Shown: one piece after another, positions 52,496-64,000 of the stretch
How the letters are laid out: every line of letters starts with the position of its first letter
How positions within the stretch are numbered: the first letter of the stretch is position 1
Assembly (NCBI GenBank): GCA_951406725.2
Contig: OX597826.1
Span: 72,540,001 to 72,604,000, forward strand
Length of the DNA: 64,000 nt
DNA from: Octopus vulgaris
Lineage: Eukaryota
Direction: 5' to 3'
Program-made: the position numbers and the translations under genes
Notes under the pieces: model-generated
Told to the model about the DNA's origin: nothing
What the model saw: only the letters and a program-made list of their open reading frames with translations
The model's database searches: none

Positions 52496-52858
52496 AGGCG
52501 CAGGAGTGGCTGTGTGGTAAGTAGCTTGCTAACCAACCACACGGTTGCGGGTTCAGTCCCACTGCGTGGCATCTTGGGCAAGTGTCTTCTACTATAGCCC
52601 CGGGCCGACCAATGCCTTGTGAGTAGATTTGGTAGACGGAAACTGAAAGAAGCCTGTCGTATATATGTATATATATGTATATGTGTGTGTCTGTGTTTGT
52701 GTTTGTCCCCCTAGCATTGCTTGACAACCGATGCTGGTGTGTTTACGTCCCCGTCACTTAGCGGTTCGGCAAAAAGAGACCGATAGAATAAGTACTAAAA
52801 GGTGGTGCTCCAGCATGGCCGCAGTCAAATGACTGAAACAAGTAAAAGAGTAAAAGAG
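52496..52858 (+). mobile_element. SINE family A (small internal deletion), abutting another SINE
   Basis: Same head and tail as 7235-7635. Confidence 0.85.
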
Positions 52859-52861
52859 AGA

Positions 52862-53155
52862 GAGGCGCAATGGCCCAGTGATTAGGGCAGCGGACTCGTG
52901 GTTGGAAGATCGCAGTTTCGATTCCCAGACCGGGTGTTGTGTGTGTTTATTGAGCAAAAACACCTAAAAAGCTCCATGAGGCTCTGGCAGGGGATGGTAC
53001 TGACCCCCTGTTGTACTCTTTCGCCACAACTTTCTCTCACTCTCTCTTCCTATTTCTTGAGTAATGCTGCGATGGACTGACATCTCGTCCAGCTGGGGAG
53101 AACACATACGCCACAGAAACCGGGCCCATGAGCCTGGCTAGGCTTGAAAAGGGTG
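52862..53155 (+). mobile_element. tRNA-headed SINE, family D-related
   Basis: GAGGCGCAATGGCCCAGTG head, GTTTCGATTCCC B box and tail ...GAGCCTGGCTAGGCTTGAAAAGGG. Confidence 0.8.
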
Positions 53156-54129
53156 ATGTTTATCGTTATATATACACATACATATATGCACATATGTATG
53201 TGCACACACACACATATATTTTGGTTTCAAATCTTTGCACAAGGCCAGCAGGTTCAGGGAATGGGGGTTTAGTTGATTACACTGACCCCAGTGCTTAACT
53301 GGCGCTTATTTTATCAACCCCAAAAGGGATGAAAGGCAAAGTCGATCTTGGTGGAATCTGAGCCAGACTGTAAAAACAGAAGAAATACCTCTAAGCATTT
53401 TGTCTGATGTGCTAACAATTCTGCTAGCTCATTACGTTGCCCCCTCCCCCCATGCATATGCACTCATACATTGTGTGTATGTATAAGTGATATTTGGATC
53501 TACTTGTCATACATAAGGAATTACCCTGGATGTTAATTCTATTTGAATTTATTGATATTTGATTAATATAGTTAACCAAGTTCATTTAACACTGAGTACT
53601 TTCTTCATATCTGTCAGAATTTATTAATCCCTTTTACCTTTTGTTTTATATATATATATATCATCATCATCATCGTTTAACGTCCGTTCTCCATGCTAGC
53701 ATGGGTTGGACGGTTCGACCGGGGATCTGGGAAGCCAGAAGGCTGCACCAGGCTCCAGTCTTATCTGGCAATGTTTCTACAGCTGGATGCCCTTCCTAAC
53801 ACCAACCACTCCGTGAGTGTAGTGGGTGCTTTTTACGTGCCACCTGCACAGGTGCCAGGCGAGGCTGGCAACGGCCACGGTTGGATTGGTGTATTTTACG
53901 TGCCACCGGCACGGAAGCCAGTCGAGGCGGCGCTGGCATCGGCCATGAGTCGGACAGTGCTTTTTACATACCACCAGCCCAGGGATCCTGGCTGGTTCAA
54001 TTCGATGTATATATACATAGCAAGTATGTATATACGTCGGGGGGAGAGTTTACAAAAAAAACAAAAGACGAAGACAGGTGGTGTAGACAACAAACATGTA
54101 TTAGTTTAATGCTTGAGAAGTGAAAAAGT

Positions 54130-54164
54130 CTTTGATGTTTCGAGCCTATGCTCTTCCACAAAAG
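54130..54164 (-). ncRNA. Variant hammerhead fold, second P4 copy (decayed)
   Basis: The - strand reads CUUU-UGUGGA-A-GAGC(AUAG)GCUC-GAAA-CA-UC-AAAG. Confidence 0.45.
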
Positions 54165-55210
54165 GAACACAGAAAGAAACAAGGAAAGAAAATAAAGAAT
54201 GTATATATGTATGTTTATAATAAATCATAATCTAAGAAGACTGGTCATGTTCTATGTCAGCATAGATTGCATTCACTGGAAAAAGTAAATATATGTGTCA
54301 AGGAGAATGGAGTTTCTGATGTTTCAGACAGAATCCTTCTGCTGAGTTAAGATGAAAGGAGGGAAAAAAAATTTAAGACAGAAGTTTTATCCTTTGTATC
54401 GGAGTGGCTGATATGGAATGCAAAAGAATATGAGGGTGCATGTGTAGACAGGAATTAATGGGAGAGAGAAAGTCAGTGGGAGAGTGATAAGGAAGGAAGG
54501 AAAGGAAAGGCAGAAGGGGAAGAGAAGCTCGGTGGGAAGTGGAGAAAATTAGAGTGAAAAGAGAGCTAAAGGATAAAGGAAACATTACATTAAATGAGCT
54601 GGTGGTGGGTAGATGGGGAAGTGTTCATTTAAACCTATTTGTGCGATGGATCTCAGTTTGAATATGACAGAATGTTCCTTATGCTACCTTGGAGATGTAG
54701 GACTTTGATAAATGAGTAATGTAGTGGTCTGTTGTGTTAAATAGGTTGGCTTTGCATACGTATGAATGTTTGGGAAAGTTATTGATGAGGCGATGGCCTG
54801 TTTCACCAACAACGTAAAGCGCACAAACGTTCACGTATATATAGATATACATACGCTCATGTGCTAAACTCATGCACACCCGCACACGTGCATATGTAAG
54901 GCTCCTACAGAGGCAAGCACACACACACAAACACATATGCTTCAGATGGTAGTCATACAGGATGTGAACAAATACCTTGCAATCACACTGTATTGCTGTA
55001 TGTTGTCCTTGTCAGATATATTTATATATACATTTGGTAAATGATGGACAGAGAGAGAAAGGGAGTATTGTTCATATCACAAGTGCCAAACTAAACTCTC
55101 TCTCTCTCTCTCTCGCTTTCACCACTTTAGCCGAGAAGGAATATTTTATTGTTTTCATTTTAAAAAATTTCACTGTTATGGTCCAATATTTTAACACTTC
55201 TCTATGGTTC

Positions 55211-55420
<210 letters not shown>

Positions 55421-55837
55421 TATTATTATTACATTAATAAGACTGTTATTTCATTTATTTTGACAGACATCGCCGTAGTGGGGGGGGATGATGGTGGTGG
55501 TAGTGATAGTAGTAATAGCGGCAGTAGTAGACATGATGTGGTAGATGTAAGATTGGAGTGGTGATGGTGATAGTAACAGTGATATGATGATGGTGATGAT
55601 AACAGATGTTGATGGGGGTATTGGTGATGATTGTTGCTATTTAGCATCAGGCCAGTTTTGACCAAGCATATCTGTGATTATAGTCACTTGGGCTGTACCC
55701 ATCCCATCTTTCCAGGCACACTGTACTTGGAGACCTCGTTAGGCAATTTAATCATGTTCCCTTTTAAGACAGCAGAATGTGATTTGACATAATTTTATCA
55801 ACTCTGCAAAGATGAATGGCAAAGTTGATTCTCACAG

Positions 55838-56160
55838 GCTGGTGCTCTGTCGTTATGACGACGAGGGTTCCAGTTGATCCGATCTACGGAACGGCCTGCT
55901 TGTGAAATTAATGTGCAAGTCGCTGAGCACTCCGTCTACACATGTATCCTTAATGTAGTTTCTAGGGAGATTCAGCATGATACAGAGAGTGACAAAGTTG
56001 CGCTTTTGAAATACAGGTACTACTCATTTTTGCCAGCTAAGTGGACTGGAACAGTGTGAAATAAAGTGTCTTGCTGAAGGACACAGCGCATTGCCGGGAA
56101 TTGAACTCATGACCTTTCGATCATGAGCCAAATACCCTAACCTCTAGGCCATGTGCCTTC
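55838..56160 (-). mobile_element. tRNA-headed SINE, family D head with tail type 3
   Basis: Same head and body as 1486-1630 and 130-278; different 3' half (...GATCGGATCAACTGGAACCCTCGTCGTC). Confidence 0.7.
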
Positions 56161-59100
56161 ATGATTTTAACAGTATTTGTTTAATAATAATTAAATCGTT
56201 TCCAATTTGGGTACAATTTGAGGAGAGGGAATTTGTTGATACCATTGATCTCAGTATTTGACTGGTACTTATTTTATCAGCCCTGAAAAGATGAAAGGCA
56301 AAGATTGGCCTTGGCAGAATTTGAATTCAGAATGTAAAGAGTTGGGAGAAATCCCACGGAGTATTTCTCTGGCACCCTAACAATTTTGTTAGATCACCAC
56401 CCTTGAAATAATGGTTGAAAAAGTGGTTGGCATTAGGCAGGGCACCTGGCTGTAAAGACCATGCCAAAACAGACCTCGCTGGTGTTGGTGCTACATAAAA
56501 GCACTTGGTCCACTCTGTGAAGTGGTTGGTGTTAGGAAGGGCATCCAGCTGTAAAAACCATGCCAAATCAGACTGGAACCTGGTGCAGTATTCTGGCTTC
56601 CCAGTTCCTGTCAAACCATCTAACCCTTGCTAGCATGGAAAATGGATGTTAAATGATGAAGATGATGATGTACAAGGCTAGCAGTTTCAAGGGGAAGGGT
56701 TAAGGCTATTTTCTCAAGAGGGTGAGAAGTGAAGTTGATCTGGACAGGATTTGAAAACAGAACATAAATAGCTGGGATAAATGCTGCAAGCTATTTTTCT
56801 TGACATTTTAAGGATTCTTGCCAGCTTGCTGGACCCATTCATTCGTTATAAAACCTACTACAAAAGTGATTACAAGACATGATGGAGATTTACTTATATT
56901 TATCTGTGTGTGTGTGTACATATAAGCTTGAGAAGACCTGTTGAGTCAAGTGAAATCATTGTTGTGGCCAATGCCAGTACTGCCATTCAAGCATGGTTGA
57001 TGTCAGTGTCACCTGACTGCCCCCATATAAAAAGCACCCACTACACTCTCGGAGTGGTTGGCGTTAGGAAGGGCATCCAGCTGTAAAAACTCTGCCAGAT
57101 CAAATTGGAGTCTGGTACAGCCTCCTGGCTTCCCAGATCCCAGTCGAACTGTCCAGCTCATGCCAGCATGGAAACCGGTCATTAAATGATGATGATGATG
57201 ATGATAGACGTAGACGGGGGCCGTGTGGTAATAAGTTTGCTTCCCAACTATATGGTTTTGAGTTCAGTCTCACTGCATGGCATCTTGGGCAAGTGTCTTC
57301 CACTATAGCCTCAGACTGACCAAAGCCTTCTGAGTGGACTTGGTAGACAGAAACTGAAAGAAGCCTGTTGTATTTGTATATGCATCTGTGCATGTGTGTG
57401 TGTTTGTGCCCCATCGCTACTTGACAACCAGTGTTGGTGTGTTTACATCCCTGTGACTTAGTGATTCAGCATGGCCACAATCTAATGACTGAAGCAAGTA
57501 AAAGATAAAAGGTATGAATATGTCTATAAACCTGGGGTGGAGGTGGGGAAAATGTAACACAGTCTCTGAAGACATTAAAAATTTTAAAAATACTGCATTT
57601 ACTTAGGTACATTTTGACCCTGTAATGGGATCTTTATTTTTTGTGCTTAAAAATCAGTATATTTGCGTTATTTTTGTACCATTTTACCTTCATACCTCAC
57701 CTCATCTTACCTATCTACTTATCTATTCATCCAGATGGGAAAGTACGAATGTCTATGCTTACTGTGCAATTTCTGTCACATCATTTTACTATTTCTGTTT
57801 TAAATTTGTTAAATTATTTTGTCAAATGTTTTTTCTTCTTCTTCCCATTTCTGTAGAGCTGGCCAGCATGAATCAACTTGCTAAAATATGAAATATAGAA
57901 AATGTTCAAAGATGAACCTTCTTTTTCACTCCAGGGTAATGAGGTAGACACTTAATTGCTCTGAAGTCCTTTACTGATAACATGAAACACATAATAACTT
58001 CCTTTCTATCAAAGTAATTATTAATAAATCCAAATTGCCTCTAGAAAGAGCTCTATTACAAACATCCCTTCTTATCAAATAACATTTATAATAACAGCTT
58101 CTAATATAGATGTGTGAGAAAAATTTATTGGGCGGGGGATAAAAATGACTTCAGTTCTTAACTGGTGCTTCATTTTATTGCTACCCCTCAGAGGGATGAA
58201 AGGCAAAGTTGACCTTGGCAGGATTTTAATTTAACAATTCTGTTGATCCATTCACCTAATATTGATAAGCCTTTCAACTGTAGCCATATTGCTTGAAGTT
58301 TTGGGAGAGGATGGAGCTAGTTGATTACATCAACCCCATTGTGAAACTAGTATTTTGTTTCATTGACCCTGAAGGACGAAAAGCAAAGTTGACTTTGGTG
58401 GAATTTGGAAAAAAATTTTACTAAGCATTTTATCCAGTATGCTAATGATTCTGCTTGTAAGCTTCCTTCATAATAATAATAATAATAATAATATTAATGA
58501 TAATAATGATAATAATAATAATAATAATAATCCTTTCTACTATAGGCACAGGGCCTGAAATTAGCGGGAGGGGACTAGTTGATTACATCGACCCCAGTAC
58601 TCCACTGGTACTTATTTAATTGACCCCAAAGTGATGAAAAGCAAAGTTGATCCCTGAGTTTTAACTCAGAATGTAAAGACGGATGAAATGCTGCTAAGCA
58701 TTTTTCCTGGCATGCTACCAATTCTGCCTGCCCACCACTTTAATAATACTACTACTAATAATATGATGATGATGATGATAATTTAGATTGGCTCGATGCC
58801 GTACTTTTGTAGGATAATTAATTGGATCAGTTATAACTTAATTTATCTTAGAGAGACGGATTTAAGTTAGATTACAATATGAATAGCATTGATCATAAAT
58901 AATAATAAGGATGCTTATTTAATGAAATTCAACTCTTTTTTTTTTTTCACTGACGAAGCTCATTTACATTGGTGAGATTTTTGCTTGGTAAGGATAAACT
59001 CAACATATATTATGCAGCAGAATTATAGTCTATCATATAGTCAGGTCTCATCTCTGACCAACAGATGGTTTACAGTTGGAAATCATTAGCGACAGGTAAA

Positions 59101-61552
59101 ATTTGGATAACTTTCTGAATCAGGAGTTAAAAGGATAATGATAATCATCACCAATTCTGACTATAAACTGTCATTGGTCTGTTGGGACCTGACTGCATGG
59201 CAGAATAAGTCTGCTGTGCAACAAGTGTTGGTTTCTTCCTCACCAAACAAAACTTCAAACTGAATGAAATTTTCTATCACTGTTTGCTTCTATATTACTT
59301 ATAATTTTTACAGATATATGAATAAAGCAGTGGGGTGAACCTTTACATAAATTGCTTGATTTGCTAAAATTAATGCCAAATCTTCAAGTCACAAAAAAAA
59401 AAAAGACCCATTGGATTGGATAGTGTAGTCATGAATATACAAAAATATGGGATCAATGCTCTTGATCATGGGTCTGTTCAATAAGTGTCAATCAATCTAT
59501 CATCATCATCATCGTTTAACGTCCGCTTTCCATGCTAGCATGGGTTGGACGATTTGACTGAGGACTAGCGAACCAGATATCTGCGCCAGGCTCCAATCTG
59601 ATCTGGTAGAGTTTCTACAGCTGGATGCCCTTCCTAACACCAACCACTTCAAGAGTGTAGTGGGTACTTTTATGTGCCACCGGCACGAGGGCCAGTCTGG
59701 CATTACATCTAGACTTATAATAACATAGCTATGAAGAACATTACTTCAATTTTGGCTGTGTGGTAAGGAAGTTTGCTTCTCAGCGACATGGTTTTGTATT
59801 CAGTCTCTCTGCATGGCTCTATGAGCAAATGTCTCTTATTATAGCCCTGGGCTGACCAACGCCCTGTGATTGGATTTGATAGATGGAAACTGAAAGGAGC
59901 CTGTCATGTGTGTGTGTGTACATGTGTCTTGACATCATGTGATAATGTCGCTGTCATGCAGTGTCTTTCATTTCCAATCTTCCATGAAAATATCTCTGGT
60001 TATGGGAAAATACACCTTACTTGGGAACAGGTGATGGTTGGTGGCAGGAAGGGCATTCAGTCGTAGAAAATCTGCTTCACTAAATTCTGACTGAATTTGC
60101 ATAGGCAAATGTGGAAAAGTGGACATTAATAAACGATGAAATGAAATGAATTGAATTGTTATATTTGTTTGATACAAAGATATTGCAATGCACATCTGCA
60201 GATGATGGCAGTGGAGAAATAAACAACAGCACTACAGAATACTTAATTTTAACTAGAATTGAACCTTCACCTTATGTTTTACATTGAACATTAATATAGA
60301 AGGTGGTGGTGGTGGGTGTTTTTTCTCATGCTTACTATGGAGAATACTAAACTTGAATTTTATTTAAACTTTTGCCCTGTACCTAACATCGACAAACAAA
60401 TAACAAGCTGTAATCCAAAGTGAAAAAAAATGTAAACTATTCCACCAGATCGAAAAACGGAAAAGGAAAATGATGTCATGTAAATAAATGATTACTAATG
60501 ATTCTAAAATTATTTAATGTAGTAATGATGCAAAATTAGCATATTTCCTATGAATCCTCTGTGGTTGATCCACATGATCTGTATATTACTGGCTTTGCTT
60601 TTATGCAGGACACTGCATATGTATGAGAGTGCGTGAGTGCAGAGAGAGAAAGAGGAGGGGAGTAAATGAAGAGGTTTTAATTCTCAGCAGAGATATAGTC
60701 ACACAGTTAATACTTATATTTGGCTGTGTTTCATTTTTTTTTCTTTTCATTCTTTTTTTCTTATTGATTCTGAAATGCATCCAGAGTTGATAACGATAAT
60801 GTTACAGACATTTTTGCATTTTAGGGCTTAGTGTTAACTAAGACCGATAAAAACCAGAACTATAAAATCGTTTTTATATTTTTAATTAAATAATATTTTT
60901 AAGAATTAAAAGGGTTGAGTGTTAGATAGGTTCTTCAAATCTATGTAGATTGTCATTTGGCCTCTGGCTGTTTCCAAAGCTTTTCCACCCTGTGTAAATG
61001 TGCTATTTTCGTTGTCCTTTTTTTTTTTCAGGGGCAGGGGTTTAGCCAGATAACTGATGGATAAACAGGCTGAAAAGAGCCAGTGATGTCTGTTGATGTC
61101 TAAAATATTTCATTGCTACACAAACTCCACGTTCTACACTATCAGCATCTGTCGCTGATACACATGTCACCAATCACACTGCACATTTGTAATATGATCA
61201 CCACCCAGCATAAATAAAGCAGCTAACATACTTTACACGACAGAAAGAGGCTAAAATATCTACAGAAACAATAAACCAAACCCCACAACAAAGCAAAACT
61301 GAGTTTACAAGACACCCTGTATCATCTTTGAAATGATCTTACTCTATAGATTTAGGGATTCAGTACAGTACTCAATGTAAACAATGGCCACATTAAAGAC
61401 AGTGGAACACCTGATTTTCTAAGTGGCAGAACTATAACTTAAGTGTATTTGATGTGCAAGTGTAGTTTGCAGTAGGAACAGCCTTGGAATAATTACAATA
61501 GATTGCTCTGATGGCTTGTTTGGTTTTCCTAGGCGGTGAAATTATTGTTTAA

Positions 61553-62091
61553 CCCTTTAGTATTGATTATTCTGTCAAATGTAATGTCTATTTATTTATC
61601 ATCATCATCATCGTTTAACATCCGTTTTCTGTGCTAGCATGGGTTGGATGGTTCGACCGGGGTCTGAGAAGCCAGGAGGCTGCACCAGGCTCCAGTCTGA
61701 TCTGGCAGTGTTTCTACAGCTGGATGCCCTTCCTAACGCCAACCACTCTGTGAGTGTAGTGGGTGCTTTTTACGTGCCACCTGCACAGGTGCCATATATA
61801 TGAAGTTAAATATATGTCCACTCATAGAATGACCAATGGCTTTGCATCCATATTGTGCTTAGTTTTATAGATAACTTGTCAGACTCCAATGGTCATGTGC
61901 ATATCCATATATTTAACTTCATATTGTTTTGAATTAATTATGCATCATCTTGTAGTTTAGAGATTTCAATGATGTGATTGTGTAGTTTTAGAATGACATT
62001 GTAGGGTAGGTATGAGATGCCAGATCTGGTCAGTTGCAATATAAAACGGTAAATATTTTGGTCAAATATGGCCAGTTTGAATTCTAAGGGG
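61553..62091. mobile_element. piggyBac-like MITE with nested insertions
   Basis: TTAA|CCCTTTAG left end and CTAAGGGG|CTAA decayed right end. Contains an RTE tail (61598-61793) and a small inverted-repeat unit (61798-61924). Confidence 0.5.
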
Positions 62092-62339
62092 CTAAACAAC
62101 TACAGCTGTAGAGAAGAATGTAGCTTGATAAATATACTTGTAGTATCTCTGTAATAAGAGAAAAAAGAAGATATTTAACAATCTTTCTCTTTATTTTGTA
62201 AATTATCAGAATTTAATTACAAGGAAACAAAGAAACAGACAAAGAAAAAAGTGGTGGGGGGAATTAAGCAGCAGAAGATGAAGTGGGGAGGGAGCAATGA
62301 GCCTCACACCCCAGAACAAATGGTGTGTTCAGCTGCACC

Positions 62340-62545
62340 CTGTGGTCATGGCCGCAATAGTGATGCAGTGGAGAAATGCCAGCGACATTCATTGCAGCAA
62401 CCACTCCACCTTGTGGGACTCATTTCTCAGATGGGCCACTGTTAACCCTATTATGCAGGTGAAAATGGTAGCACTGGCTCCAAGAACACCTGAGGTCTCA
62501 ATGGCGACCAGCACAAACTGATAGCCATCAGTCAAGCCCCTACAT
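62340..62545 (-). pseudogene. Fragment of a restriction-like endonuclease C-terminus from a CRE-like non-LTR retrotransposon
   Basis: The - strand reads KCRGLTDGYQFVLVAIETSGVLGASATIFTCIIG...EWLLQ*MSLA, resembling the YxFxPxAxETxG...FLxQRxSxA signature of RLE-bearing CRE-like elements. Confidence 0.6.
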
Positions 62546-64000
62546 TTAATTATTTCCTCTTCCATTTGCAGTTGGACTGCATAATTAAACTTTATAACAT
62601 CCTTTGTTTTCCTGATCATTGATCATGCTTGATTGTTTTCACCATTTTTTGGAACCTTTTAGAAGCGTTAACCTGGAAACCAATGTTCACATTGATTATA
62701 CGTTTGAGATTATGTAATTCAATTAAACTAGCTGTAGTTATTTTCAATTTTGTATACAATAAGAATTCAGAGTTTACTACATAAAGAGCATTAGATCAAC
62801 ATCATCATCATCATTATTATTTAAGGTTGGGAGCTGGCAGAAACATTAGCATGCTGGGTGAAATGCTTAGTGACATTTTGTCCATCTTTTCATTCTGAGT
62901 TCAAATTCCACTGGGGTCAACTTTGCCCTTCATCCTTTTATGGGTTGATAAATTAAGTGCCAGTGAAACACAGGGCTTGATGTAATTGACTAGTCCCTTC
63001 CTCCGAAATTTTAGACCTTGTACCTTTAGTAGAAGGAATTATTATTATTATTATTATTATAGAATTGGTGGTGTGTTAAATTTAATTCCTTGCAATATCC
63101 AGTTGTCTGTTTAAGTTTCTGTGTTCAATCTGCTATAGTTGATTTTGTCACTCCTCCATCTGGGATCAATAAGTATCAGTCATGTACTTGGTTTGATCTA
63201 ATCAAGTGTACCCATCCCAAACGTTTTGGTCTTATGACTAAGTTAGCAATTATTATTGTCATTAAGATGATAAAGTGACAGAAATTGTAGCACACCAAAC
63301 TAAATTCCAAACATCATTTAGTTTTGCTCTAAACATTCTGAGTTCAATCTTACCAGAATCAAATCTGCCTCTCATTTTCTAGGGTTGATGTATGTGTGCA
63401 GTGTTCACTTTGTTCACTTTTGGGGATGTAGGCTTATGTTTCTATGCTAATTCAGTTTTGGTTTGTTGTTTCTGGTGCTATTTTGGTCTTTCTGTTGTGT
63501 AAACTATGTGCAGTATTGGTTGTGTTATTTTGTTGCTTCATGATTATGTTTCATATGTGCAGTATAATTGGTGTTATGTGTTCTAATGTTGGAGAGTCAT
63601 CATCATCATTATTGTTGTTCGACCGTGGTCGAGACTTTCATAGTCTTTTCAAATGGCTAATAATGTGTGCGCGCGCCACTACTACACACATTGGAAAGCA
63701 TTGTACAACCAAGTACTAAAGAAGATCTTTCCTCCTCCATGAAACAAAGCTGTTCCCGCTGGACGTTGGAGAGTGCTTGTGTTAAATGTGCAATCTGTAT
63801 TGCATTAACGTGTTGCAACCACATAGAATGTGAGTTCTAGCACCAGGTGTCTGTTATATAAGAGTATGTATTGTGTTTATTGGATGATGGTTGTGTAGGC
63901 TGTTTGTTGTGGTTATGTAGAGGAATTATTTGTTGTGGTCATGCTAGAGATAGTATTACTTTAGACTGAAGTGGTTATATTGGGGACACTATCAATTTAC

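Overview
AT-rich, repeat-dense animal genomic DNA, very likely an octopus (inferred from the SINE/RTE repeat families and the microsatellite load). Only two host coding exons are recognisable. They are the first coding exons of two divergently oriented genes about 20 kb apart: a CABLES-family gene (- strand, 24470-24990) and mind bomb 1 (MIB1, + strand, 45264-45519). Each is apparently followed by a very long first intron that runs off the window. The rest is mostly a mosaic of tRNA-headed SINEs, RTE, CR1 and CRE-like LINE relics, a full-length decayed mariner, hAT, piggyBac-like and Helitron-type non-autonomous elements, two LTR-like copies, minisatellites and microsatellites. The most striking signal is a set of short cassettes sitting in (TA)n tracts. 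They belong to several unrelated sequence families and carry minimal type-I hammerhead ribozyme folds: three with canonical cores (6383-6428 +, 8907-9008 -, 39108-39164 -), a CUGU-core variant family and several decayed copies. Several also share an asymmetric fold-back layout and a 3'-terminal CCC. I interpret these as microsatellite-targeted Penelope-like or retrozyme-type elements. All calls were made by eye with no database searches, and repeat boundaries are approximate.
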